This document shows positions 49,189-60,865 of a DNA stretch of 64,000 nt, piece by piece. This DNA is from Betaproteobacteria bacterium (GTDB lineage: Bacteria > Pseudomonadota > Gammaproteobacteria > Burkholderiales > Rhodocyclaceae). Location of the stretch: the NCBI GenBank assembly GCA_016208415.1, contig JACQYB010000038.1, positions 22,730 to 86,729 of the forward strand, given 5' to 3'. How positions within the stretch are numbered: the first letter of the stretch is position 1; every line of letters starts with the position of its first letter. The position numbers were made by a program, and so were the translations under genes. Below the pieces are notes generated by a model. That model was not told the origin of the DNA, made no database searches, and saw nothing but the letters and a program-made list of their open reading frames with translations.

Positions 49189-50307
49189 CTAGGCGGCTTC
49201 GATCAGTTGATCGCTGATATGCACCCGCATCCAGCCGAGCAGCACGAGATTACGGATTGCACTTGCCACCGCGTGCCGCTTCTCCTCGGTCTGCCAGGCC
49301 TTCTTCCATCCCAGGATGTAGTCGTAGATGTCCTTCTCGGCCACCGTGTCGGCGCCCCTCGCCTGCTTGAGCTGACGACTCGCGTACAGCACGGTCAGGA
49401 CCTCTTCCGCCTGCTCGGTCGACTTGATGCGGCTGAACAGATCGACGGCCTTGGCGATCTTCTTCTGGTGGGCCTCGATCCGCGCTGCGAACTTGCCGCG
49501 GTCCTGTTCGTACTGGGGGCCGACCCTCAGCGCGACCATGCGCCCGAGGGATTTCTCCTGCAGCCAGTTCCGGTTCGCCAGTTCGTGCAGGGCCGCCTTC
49601 ACATCGGGAGAGAACGGCCCATAACTGCCCTTGCCGAACGAGAATCCAGTCGGCACGCCCATTTCCGTAACGACATAGCAGAGCTTCTGGAAAATCGTGC
49701 GGCCCACCGGATTCGCATATGGCTGCGCTTGCAGTTCGCGCAGCACTTCCAGCAGCGCGACCCAGTCCGGATTCAGCTTGTCGGTTGGGCGACCACGCCC
49801 AGACAGCGAGAGTTGCGCGGGCGCGGCCAGAAACGCCTCCGTGAGTTGCTGACCCGGTGTGCCGTAGGGCGCGAAAACCTCCACGTCCACCGGCAAGCGG
49901 TGCAGCTTGCGATAGACCAGGGGGCCGACCTCTGACCACTCCAGCCCACCGTTGCCGCAGCCCAAAGGCGGCAGGACCAGGCTCCTGATGCCCCATTCCC
50001 CGATGTGCGCCGCCAGGTAATCCAGCCCACGCTCGACATCCACGATCCGGGATGGCGAACGCCAGTGGTCCTTCGTCGGGAAGTTGACGATCGAAACGCC
50101 CGACGTGTCGCGGTACAGGTACGGCTCGCCCAGGCGCACTTGCCTGCACTCGCACCGCCGCTGGTAGTCCTCGAACATCGCCGGCCAGCGCTTCTTGAAC
50201 TCCAGCGCGACGCCCTTGCCCATCACCCCGACGCAATTGACGGTGTTGACGAGCGTTTGCGCCCGGGTCGCGAAGAGATCGCCAATCAGTGCCTTGAACA
50301 TGGTCAT
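49189..50307 (-). CDS. darG: DarG-like antitoxin (N-terminal macrodomain plus C-terminal DarT-associated domain)
   Basis: 372 aa with macrodomain motifs [25 protein letters not shown] and [12 protein letters not shown]. It lies 12 nt downstream of the DarT-like gene. Confidence 0.85.
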   Translation of the reverse strand: MTMFKALIGDLFATRAQTLVNTVNCVGVMGKGVALEFKKRWPAMFEDYQRRCECRQVRLGEPYLYRDTSGVSIVNFPTKDHWRSPSRIVDVERGLDYLAAHIGEWGIRSLVLPPLGCGNGGLEWSEVGPLVYRKLHRLPVDVEVFAPYGTPGQQLTEAFLAAPAQLSLSGRGRPTDKLNPDWVALLEVLRELQAQPYANPVGRTIFQKLCYVVTEMGVPTGFSFGKGSYGPFSPDVKAALHELANRNWLQEKSLGRMVALRVGPQYEQDRGKFAARIEAHQKKIAKAVDLFSRIKSTEQAEEVLTVLYASRQLKQARGADTVAEKDIYDYILGWKKAWQTEEKRHAVASAIRNLVLLGWMRVHISDQLIEAA

Positions 50308-50319
50308 AGTTTGAACCTG

Positions 50320-50907
50320 TCAGCGAAAGAACAAAACGGGATCGACAGCGACCGGCAACGTGCAGCCGAGGTCCCCGAGGCGCGCCGCAGCCCCCGCATC
50401 GACGACAAATGCGCCCACGATGAAACCGGGTGCCACTTGGTGCGGAATCAAGACTTCCGCGCACTTGCGCGACTTGTGACGCCAGTAGGCGATCGGGTCA
50501 CCGGGGTGGCGCCAGTCCATGGCGAAGATGTCGTCCCAGTCGAGCAGCCGCCACTGCGCGGGCGCCAGGAAGCGCACGTAGTCGCTGGCCGCGTTCTGGT
50601 CGGTGATCACAGCCCCGGGCAGTGCCAGCACCTGGGTCGAAACCCGCAGCACGCACAGGCCATCCGCTTCGGATAGCCGCCTGTGCAGCATCGGGTTGCG
50701 CGCATGGAAGTAGAGGTTCGCGTACTGGTGCAGCTTCAAACCGCCGGGAACGTGCTTGTGATCGCGCCGGTCCTGCACGGGCTGCATCGCGACGGAATGG
50801 TGCGACAACTTGGCCGCGCGCTCGTAAGAAAGAATCCCGTGCGCAATCACCGATGCAATGTTGGCCATCGGCATGATGCAGTGGAGTTCGATGACGCGAG
50901 GGTCCAT
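50320..50907 (-). CDS. darT: DarT-like ssDNA ADP-ribosyltransferase toxin (DUF4433)
   Basis: ORF 50320..50988 with likely start MDPRVIELHCIMPMANIASVIAHGILS. The family-typical N-terminus and the AEVLIPHQV catalytic Glu context are present. Confidence 0.85.
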   Translation of the reverse strand: MDPRVIELHCIMPMANIASVIAHGILSYERAAKLSHHSVAMQPVQDRRDHKHVPGGLKLHQYANLYFHARNPMLHRRLSEADGLCVLRVSTQVLALPGAVITDQNAASDYVRFLAPAQWRLLDWDDIFAMDWRHPGDPIAYWRHKSRKCAEVLIPHQVAPGFIVGAFVVDAGAAARLGDLGCTLPVAVDPVLFFR

Positions 50908-50962
50908 TGCTAGACGGCCTCCGCAATCACTCTCTCGGCGCCCTTCACCCGCAAGTGGCCGG

Positions 50963-51158
50963 AGATCGTGCGCCAGGCCCTGAACCACTCGCGCCCGGCG
51001 GTGAGCGCGCCGACGCGCACCTCCACGCCGTCGGAGACGGCGAGTAGCGCGTTCGGCGCGAACAGCGTCGGCACCTTCGCCTTGTAGGTCTGGAACTGCT
51101 GGAAGGCGCTCCAGATCGTGGCGTTCTCGTCGGCGGCGTTCTTCAACTCCTCCGGCAG
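50963..51158 (-). pseudogene. internal fragment of a second hsdR allele (relic)
   Basis: ORF 50910..51374 contains [62 protein letters not shown]. This aligns with residues ~158-219 of the intact HsdR (48525..48713; roughly 70% of aligned residues identical on my hand count). No other HsdR segments are present. Confidence 0.75.
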
Positions 51159-51208
51159 ATTGAATCGATCACGCAGGCTCTGATTCCACATTTGCGCGAG
51201 ACCCCGAA

Positions 51209-51844
51209 TCATGCCCTCACCATTTCCAGCAGAACCTCTCGCAACGCGCAGAAGCTCGGCGAGGTGTTTCGCGACGGCGCCATGTGCGCTGCAACGGTGC
51301 GTGCGGCTTCTACCTTGCGCAGTCCGCCGCTGTAGTAGCCCGCCCTCTGAAGCACGCGCTCGAACGCCTCCCACGTGCCCCCCGCGATTTCATCCGGGGC
51401 GCGGTACTTCGCCTGCGAAGGAATGGTCGCGGACACTCCCGGATAAGCTGCCTGCACGGCCTCCCAGTCGCCGAAATAGCACGCCTCCAGTTCTTCGATC
51501 GCGAGACGATTCACCACCATGTAGGTACTACCCTTTGCGCTGGCACGTGTTGCCAAGCCGGCTTCACTGGCCATCTTCTCCAGGCGCCGTTTGAGTCCCG
51601 CGCAATCGTCGTCGTCCCGATCGATCACGACGACGATACGGCAATGGTCGCGAAACCATGCATCGCTCTTGCGCCGCTGGCCGTAGCCACGCAGTCGATG
51701 TGGAAGGCGGAGCAGCAGTTCGTCCTTGCACTGGTGCGGGTATATCTCGAAGGACAGATCGCCGAGTACCTTGGGCAGGAGGAGACGAAGCGCGGCCTCC
51801 ATTGAGGGCTCTTCAACGAGCAACTCGACATGTTCCACCGTCAC
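51209..51844 (-). CDS. DUF4276 family protein (TOPRIM-like E...DxD arrangement)
   Basis: Part of ORF 51209..52108. The GTG at 51844 overlaps the ATPase stop (GTGA). Sequence: [28 protein letters not shown] ... [21 protein letters not shown] ... The family assignment is from memory of DUF4276 sequence features, not a search. Confidence 0.7.
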   Translation of the reverse strand: MTVEHVELLVEEPSMEAALRLLLPKVLGDLSFEIYPHQCKDELLLRLPHRLRGYGQRRKSDAWFRDHCRIVVVIDRDDDDCAGLKRRLEKMASEAGLATRASAKGSTYMVVNRLAIEELEACYFGDWEAVQAAYPGVSATIPSQAKYRAPDEIAGGTWEAFERVLQRAGYYSGGLRKVEAARTVAAHMAPSRNTSPSFCALREVLLEMVRA

Positions 51845-53066
51845 TTCGGCTTCCCCTGTTTCGCCGGGGCTCCCGAGCGCACCAGGGGATCTCCCACGCC
51901 GAACCGTCCTTCCATCCACAGGTGACCAAGGGATGCGCCCGCTTCCATGAACTCGGGAACGCCCGGAATGTCGGCGGCGCGAATGGCTTGGGTGTAGCCC
52001 TGTTCGTCCCGATAGAGCACACGCACCTCTTCCGCAGGCAACGCATTTACGAAAAAGGGTGAGTGGGTCGTGACCAGTAATTGCGAGCGTTCCGACGCGG
52101 CGCGGCACTCTTCCGCCAGTTCGGGCAGAAGGCGCGGATGCAGAAAGTTTTCGGGCTCCTCGATGCCGACAAACGGCGGCGGGGCGGGGTCGTGCAACAG
52201 CACAAGATAGGCCAGCATCTTGAGTGTGCCGTCCGAGGCAAACCTCGCCAGCACGGGGTTATCGAAAGGCGCGTCCTTGATCTGCAACAGCAGGCGTCCA
52301 TCCGGCATGGCTTCGGCCAGCACGCGCTCGACCCTGGGAACCCGTGCGCGCAGCACATTGAAAATGCGTTCCAGCCGGTCGGGATGCTGTTCAGCCAAAT
52401 ACTGGATGACGTTCGCCACGTTGTTCCCGGTACGGGACAGTCGCTCCTGCGGCCCGGTTTCCGGCTGGCCTCGCGTTTCATCGACGGAAAAATAGGAAAC
52501 GTACCAGCCGGTGATGAAGTCGCGCAGCGCGGCCACGCGGGGATGGTCGGCAAACTGGCCCAAGGCATTGACGGCGATGAGGTCCGGCGCTTTCAGCGGA
52601 ATCTCAATCCGTTTGTCCTGCTCGTCCGGCAGTTCCCCGCTGGCGGCTTTTCCTTGACCCTCGTGATAATCCAGAAAACGAAAAGGCTGCCCGTGACTAC
52701 CCCGCTTCCAGCGCAACCATTCTTCGACCACAACCGGCGAACCTTTACGCTCATCAACCGCCAGGTGATAGGTAATGAGCGGATAGCCCGGCTCGCGATA
52801 CTTGATTTCAATGACTAGTGGACCATCGCCTCCCCGGGTCTTCAATTCCTTCCCTCGTCCGCGGCGATCCCAGGCGCGGCGCAGCCCCGATTCGAAGCAC
52901 TCCGAGAGGAAAGCGAAGACGTCGAAGACCGTGGATTTGCCGCTGCCGTTGGCGCCCAACAGGGCCGTCATCGGCGTGAGATTCTTGAACTCCACGTGTT
53001 TGAGCGCGCGGTAATTCTCGACCCGCAGATACTCTATCCGAGCCTTGTGCCCCTGGTTATCCTTGG

Positions 53067-53070
<4 letters not shown>
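51841..53070 (-). CDS. ABC/SMC-like AAA family ATPase (AAA_21/AAA_15 type)
   Basis: 409 aa with Walker [10 protein letters not shown], signature-like [11 protein letters not shown], Walker [15 protein letters not shown] and H-loop TTHSP. The ATG overlaps the hsdS stop (ATGA). Confidence 0.85.
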
Positions 53071-54408
<1,338 letters not shown>

Positions 54409-54419
<11 letters not shown>

Positions 54420-54480
54420 ACCCAAGCTCCTTGAGGTTCGCGGCAATTGCGGCATCCAGCTTCGCAGCCTCCACTTGACT
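54409..54480 (-). pseudogene. relic of an hsdM 3' end fused to the hsdS start region
   Basis: The out-of-frame reading [23 protein letters not shown] matches the C-terminus of the intact HsdM ([19 protein letters not shown]). It ends in the classic ATGGCGGGTGA hsdM/hsdS overlap. Confidence 0.65.
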
Positions 54481-55625
54481 CACGATTTCCTCCTGCGAGC
54501 CGCCGGCGTCGGCCTCAAATCACCCGACAGCTCCGCCTCGATCTCTTCCACCGTCGGCAGACTCCCCTTGAGCGCCTTCGGGAGCTTCTCGACGAGCTTC
54601 GTCTCCCAGCCGGCGACGCCGATCGGGCGCTTCAGGTGGCGCAGCGCGTATTCGACGACGACCTTGTTCTTCGCGCGGCACAAGAGCAGCCCGATGGTGG
54701 GCTGGTCATCGGGGTGTCGCAGCAGGTCGTCGGCGGCGGAGAGGTAGAGGTTCAACTGACCGACGAAGGCCGGGTCGAAGGGCACGGCCTTGAGCTCGAC
54801 GACGACGTAGCAGCGCAGCTTCAGGTGGTAGAAGAGGAGGTCGATCTGGAAGTCCTGGTCGCCGACTTCAAGCGGCACCTGCCGGCCGACGAAGGCGAAG
54901 CCGCTGCCCAGCTCCAACAGGAAGCGCTGGATGTGATCGACGAGGGCTTGCTCGACTTCGCGCTCGCGGCGCGGGTCGGCGGTGCCGAGGAAGTCGAAGA
55001 GGTACGGATCCTTGAAGACTTGGGCGGTCAGGTCCGACTCGGCGTGCGGCAGGGTGTCACAAAAGTTGGTGATCGCCTTGCCCTGGCGCTCGTGGGCGCG
55101 ACCCTGGATCTGGAGCACCAGGATGTTGTGCGACCAGCCGTGCTCCATCGCCTGCCGGGCGTACCAGAGCCGTTCGGTGGGGTCGTCGAGCTTCTCCAGG
55201 AGGGCGATGTGGTGGTACCAGGGAATTCGTGCAAGCGCCTCTTGCACGATTGCCCGCTCCGGCCACGCTGCGGCAAGCGCACGCATGTACTTGAGATTGC
55301 GCGGCGAGAAGCCCTTCATGTCGGGGAACGCCGCGCGCAGGTCCGCGGCCAGCCGGTCGATCACCTTCGCGCCCCAGCCCGCGCGTTCCTGCCGGTCGAG
55401 GATCATCCGGCCGATGTCCCAGTAGAGCAGGACCATCGCCGCGTTGGCGGTGAGGACGACCCGCAAGCGTTCTTCGTGGATGCGCTGCTTGATGGCGCCG
55501 AGGGTATCCGCGTAGTCCTGCGGCAGACCACCCTTCGCTGGCGCGGCCGGAAACCGGGCCTCCTCCCGCTGTCGGCCCAAGGCAAGCCGGTTCTCCGCTT
55601 CGGCACGCTGGCGCTTACGAGCCAT
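54480..55625 (-). CDS. DUF1016/YhcG-like PD-(D/E)XK nuclease family protein
   Basis: ORF 54480..55631; ATG at 55625 (MARKRQ) preceded by AAGGAG. It has the family N-terminal helical domain (LLYWDIGRMI, FSPRNLKYMRAL) and a nuclease core (IDLLFYHLKLRCYVVVELK). Confidence 0.85.
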   Translation of the reverse strand: MARKRQRAEAENRLALGRQREEARFPAAPAKGGLPQDYADTLGAIKQRIHEERLRVVLTANAAMVLLYWDIGRMILDRQERAGWGAKVIDRLAADLRAAFPDMKGFSPRNLKYMRALAAAWPERAIVQEALARIPWYHHIALLEKLDDPTERLWYARQAMEHGWSHNILVLQIQGRAHERQGKAITNFCDTLPHAESDLTAQVFKDPYLFDFLGTADPRREREVEQALVDHIQRFLLELGSGFAFVGRQVPLEVGDQDFQIDLLFYHLKLRCYVVVELKAVPFDPAFVGQLNLYLSAADDLLRHPDDQPTIGLLLCRAKNKVVVEYALRHLKRPIGVAGWETKLVEKLPKALKGSLPTVEEIEAELSGDLRPTPAARRRKS

Positions 55626-55690
55626 ACCCAAGCTCCTTCAGTCTGGCGGCGATGGCGGAATTCAGCTTCGACGCCTCGGCCTCCAAATGC
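55615..55690 (-). pseudogene. second relic of an hsdM 3' end
   Basis: The end of ORF 55615..55869 reads LEAEASKLNSAIAARLKELGYGS*. It shares the nucleotide string AAGGAGCTTGGGTATGGC with the hsdS start region and overlaps the DUF1016 start in the same way. Confidence 0.65.
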
Positions 55691-55751
55691 ACGCGCGGCG
55701 CAAATGAATGCACGCGTGCAATTGCCGTGCATTTCCGTGCATTGCTGGCGC

Positions 55752-57408
55752 TCACCGGGGCGTCCTCCGGTAGCTGACGCTCCGTCCTCGCTCGCCCTCG
55801 CGCTCGACAAGCCCTTGTTGCGCCAGGCGATCGAGCAGCCGGTAGGCCTGTGGGCCAGTGATCCGGCACAGCTCCGCCACCTCGCGCCTGGTGATCCGCC
55901 CGTGCTTTTCCACGTATTGCAGCACCATCTGCTCCTGCTGCAGCGGCTCGAAGCCGCGGCTCCGCACGTAGCCGGCCTTGTCCCCGAGCAGCCGGTAGGT
56001 CGCGGCGGAGAGGTGCCAGGTGCGGCCCTTCTTCTGGCCGCGCTCTTCGACGAGCCCGGCTTCGACGAGGCGGTGCAGCGCGGCGCGCGTTTGGCTTTCA
56101 GGCTTCTGCACGAGGCGGGCGGCATCGTCGGTGGTGAGACTGCGCGCCTGCCACAGCGTGTTGAGGATGAGAAGTTCATTGAGCGCGAGATCACGCCCGT
56201 GCTGGGCTTCGGTCACCAGCAGGCGCACGAAGTCGAGGTTGGCCGCGCCGCCGGGGATGACGACGCTGACCGTGGCTTCGTTGCTGCGCGCATAGGAGGG
56301 TGCGGGGCGGCCGTTGCGCAGTTGATCGTAGAAGATGGTGTCGATGCCGCGCGCGGTGCGCTCGACGATGCCGGCACGCTTGAAGGCGTCGGCCAGCAAG
56401 GGGTTCCTCGGGCGCGGCGCGGTGATGAGCAGGTTGTCGAGCCGCACGCCTTCGGGAAAGCCGCCGGGGCTGGTGATCTCGATATGGTCGATCTGCCACT
56501 GGAAGTGCACGGCGCCCAGACGCTGGTAGTCGCGGTGGATCAGGGCATTGGCCACGGCTTCGCGCAGCGCCCGTTCCGGGTAGTCGGGTACGCCGACGCG
56601 CAGGAGGCCCACCATGAGTTCCTGCTCGCGGTTGCGGGCACGGATGCGGGCCTCGATTTCCTCCATGACACGCAGCAGGGGCCAGCGGAAGAAGTCGTTG
56701 ACCTCCACGTCGAGTCCGCGCAGGGCCTGGAAGGCGGTTTCGTGGCCTGGCAGGAAGCGGCGCAGGGCACGCCGCGCACGATGCCGTTGGCTTCCACCAC
56801 GCCCAGCGCCTTGGCCAGTTCCAGATCGGGCAGGTCGAGCAGGGATTCGTCGCTGCGGCCCCGGCGCTCGCGGATGCTGCGGCGGAAGCGCTCGAATTCC
56901 AGGGGGTCCAGGTCTTCCCAGCGAACGGCGGCGACGATCTGGGCCGAGGGGTCAAGCTGCCCCCGATCCGCTTGCAGCGACTGCATCGCGTAACTATCCA
57001 TGGGCAGGCATGCCGGCCGGCCGTCGCCGCCCAGCGCCCGGCGCAGGAAGACGCCATCGCTGGTACCCATCGGATGCTGCTGAGGCGGTGCTTCGATAAC
57101 CAGCACGGCCTTGCCGTCGAGCGGGACTTCCTCGACCTGCACTGCCAAGGCCGGGCGGGTGCGCGCCGCGATCAGCGCGGCCAGCTTGTGGATGTCGGTG
57201 GTTTCTCCGTGGCGGGGGCGGGCACCGGTGACGCGGCCATTGTCCTCGACGCCGATCAGCAGCCAAGCCGGTTCGCCGCCGATGCGGTTGGTCAGGCAAA
57301 CCACGGCTTCGACCAGATCGCGGTCATTGAGAGGCGAGCGTTCCTCGCCCTTGAATTCGACGTTCAAGGTTTCGCCAGCAGCGATCAGATTGCGCAGGGT
57401 TTCGCGGG

Positions 57409-57412
<4 letters not shown>
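55752..57412 (-). pseudogene. COG2865-type putative DNA-binding ATPase/transcriptional regulator (AlbA_2 + HATPase-like + wHTH), frameshifted
   Basis: The N-terminal part is in the frame of ORF 56540..58411: a GTG at 57412 overlaps the hsdM stop, then [23 protein letters not shown]...[10 protein letters not shown]. The continuation is in the frame of ORF 55752..56708: [27 protein letters not shown]...[15 protein letters not shown]...wHTH. A single 1-nt frame change near 56770 joins them. Confidence 0.75.
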
Positions 57413-59043
<1,631 letters not shown>

Positions 59044-59208
59044 TGTCAACCTCACGAGATGATGGCGCACCGGAGTGTCACTGGATCGTCTCACGAAATT
59101 GGCATTGCGGCATGGCCGCGCACCACGGGCGCGCGAGAGAGTGAGCGCGTGCGTTGTGTCGTCAGGAACAGCCGCCGGACTGCGCGTTTACGTAGCCTCC
59201 CGGGCCCC

Positions 59209-60423
59209 CTACCGCCCCTTCATCCCCTCCAGCCTCCCCAGATCCACCCTCTCCAGCGCCTGCTTCACCACCGCCATATCCACCCCGCGCCCCTCCGCCT
59301 CCACCACGAAGCGCTCGGCCACGATGGTGGCGTAGCTCGCCTCCCGCGCCGACTTGCGGTACGACTCGCGGAAGAAGCGGCCGCCGGCCTTGCCGGTCTT
59401 CTCGTAGCCGTCGGCGCTTTCCTTGTCGGACTCGATCATGCCGAAGCCCGCCACGGCCAGCAGCGCCTGGGCGCCGCCCGAATCGGTGATGGAGATCTGC
59501 ACGCCGCGGCCCTGGTCGTCGGCGTAGTGCGCCTCGGCGCGGGCGATGTGGGCGCCGCCCATGCCCACCTTCTGGCTTTCGATCTCGGTGCGCGCCAGGC
59601 CGTCCAGGGCCTCGGGCAGCACGGCCCGCAGTTGCTGGTGATCCACCGGCTCGCGGCCGCCGCTGGCGCCGGCCAGCGCGCCCATGGCTTCGGTGGCCGC
59701 CTTCATCTGCGCCTGGGGATCGCCGCTCTTCTGCGCTTCTTCCATCTTGCGGCCGGCGGCTTCCATCTTCTCGCCGAATTCCTTCATCTTCGCGAGCTGG
59801 TCGTCGCCGCCGCCGGAGGACACGGCGGGCGCCGTCGCCGCCACGCCGCCCGCCATGCCGCCGATGCCCGAGGCCACCATGCCGAGGACCAGCGACACCA
59901 CGAAGGCGCACACCACCACCACCGCCGTGTAGGGCAGCGCCTTCTCCTTGGGCCCCTGCATCAGCGCCTGCAGGCCGAGATGCAGCAGGTACAGCCCGTA
60001 GAGGCTGGCCAGCAGGATCAGCGGCGAAAGCATGGGCAGGATCTGCAGCGCACCGGCCAGCCAGCCCGGGGTGTAGGAATAGGCGGCCACCTTGAGCGCC
60101 TGGGCCATGTCCTGCCGGGCGCCGAAGCGCGGCGCCAGGGCGTTGATGATGAAGGCCACGGCATAAACTGCCACCAGCCCCATGGCGAAGGTGGCGAGCG
60201 CCATCGCCAGCCCCCCGGGGATGGGCATGCGCTGCGTGCCCAGCATGGGCACCGAAATGCCCACCAGGCTGAAGCCGATGAAGCCCGCCACGGCGCCGAT
60301 GGCCGCCAGCGGAATGATGTAGCCGCGGTACAGCTCCGCGGCGGGGGTCTGCTCCCCGCGGATCACTTCCCACTCGGATCTGGGTTGCAGCAGGATCTTC
60401 TTGACGCGTTCGACGAGGTTCAT
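59209..60423 (-). CDS. Yip1 domain membrane protein with C-terminal soluble domain
   Basis: Part of ORF 59209..60726, starting MNLVERVKKILLQPRSEWEVI (typical Yip1/DUF1282 N-terminus). It has 5 TM helices, then a ~190-aa soluble domain of unknown function. Confidence 0.7.
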   Translation of the reverse strand: MNLVERVKKILLQPRSEWEVIRGEQTPAAELYRGYIIPLAAIGAVAGFIGFSLVGISVPMLGTQRMPIPGGLAMALATFAMGLVAVYAVAFIINALAPRFGARQDMAQALKVAAYSYTPGWLAGALQILPMLSPLILLASLYGLYLLHLGLQALMQGPKEKALPYTAVVVVCAFVVSLVLGMVASGIGGMAGGVAATAPAVSSGGGDDQLAKMKEFGEKMEAAGRKMEEAQKSGDPQAQMKAATEAMGALAGASGGREPVDHQQLRAVLPEALDGLARTEIESQKVGMGGAHIARAEAHYADDQGRGVQISITDSGGAQALLAVAGFGMIESDKESADGYEKTGKAGGRFFRESYRKSAREASYATIVAERFVVEAEGRGVDMAVVKQALERVDLGRLEGMKGR

Positions 60424-60578
60424 TGCCCATCCTCCCGGTGACGTTGGTATTGGATCGCACGGTTCCCGACGCGCGGCCAGGCGATCCGCCGAATCACGGC
60501 CAGGTCGCCGCCCTGCCTTGCAGTCGATGGGTGCCAGTGTGCCACCAACGGGGGCGGCTCGGCATCCCCGGGTGGATG

Positions 60579-60770
60579 CTATGGTGCCGCCGCGGCGACG
60601 TCGATGGCGGCACGGCGCTCGTCCGCGTTCTTCGGAGTGGGCGCTGCGCCGCTCACGCCCTCCAGCAGGCTGATCACCTCCTTGTTCACCGAGCGGTGAT
60701 GGGCGTCGGCCTGCTGCTTCAGCCATCGGTGCAGGGATTCCGGGACGTCGCGCAGGGTAAGGGAAGGCAT
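60579..60770 (-). CDS. ribbon-helix-helix antitoxin (FitA/VapB/Arc-like), no cognate toxin adjacent
   Basis: 63 aa, MPSLTLRDVPESLHRWLKQQADAHHRSVNKEVISLLE. This is the typical RHH antitoxin N-terminus. Confidence 0.65.
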   Translation of the reverse strand: MPSLTLRDVPESLHRWLKQQADAHHRSVNKEVISLLEGVSGAAPTPKNADERRAAIDVAAAAP

Positions 60771-60865
60771 CGGGCTTGATTTCAGAGTGACATCACGATG
60801 CCATCAAGAGGCGCTCGCCTGCGGCAATCGGAGCGTCGTCGGGGCGCCGGGGCCAACCACCTGGC

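Noticed and set aside
50910-51374. 154-aa ORF treated as a possible independent small gene
   Set aside because: Its only recognisable content is a ~65-aa internal HsdR segment. The rest overlaps the end of the DUF4276 gene out of frame. I interpret it as a relic rather than a gene.
54447-56993. 848-aa plus-strand ORF across the DUF1016 and COG2865 genes. Similar long ORFs occur at 58324..60441 (+), 60804..62066 (-) and 61052..62509 (+).
   Set aside because: These lie on the opposite strand from, or in an alternative frame to, genes with clear family signatures. Their Arg/Gly/Pro/Ala-rich composition is characteristic of out-of-frame translation in G+C-rich DNA.
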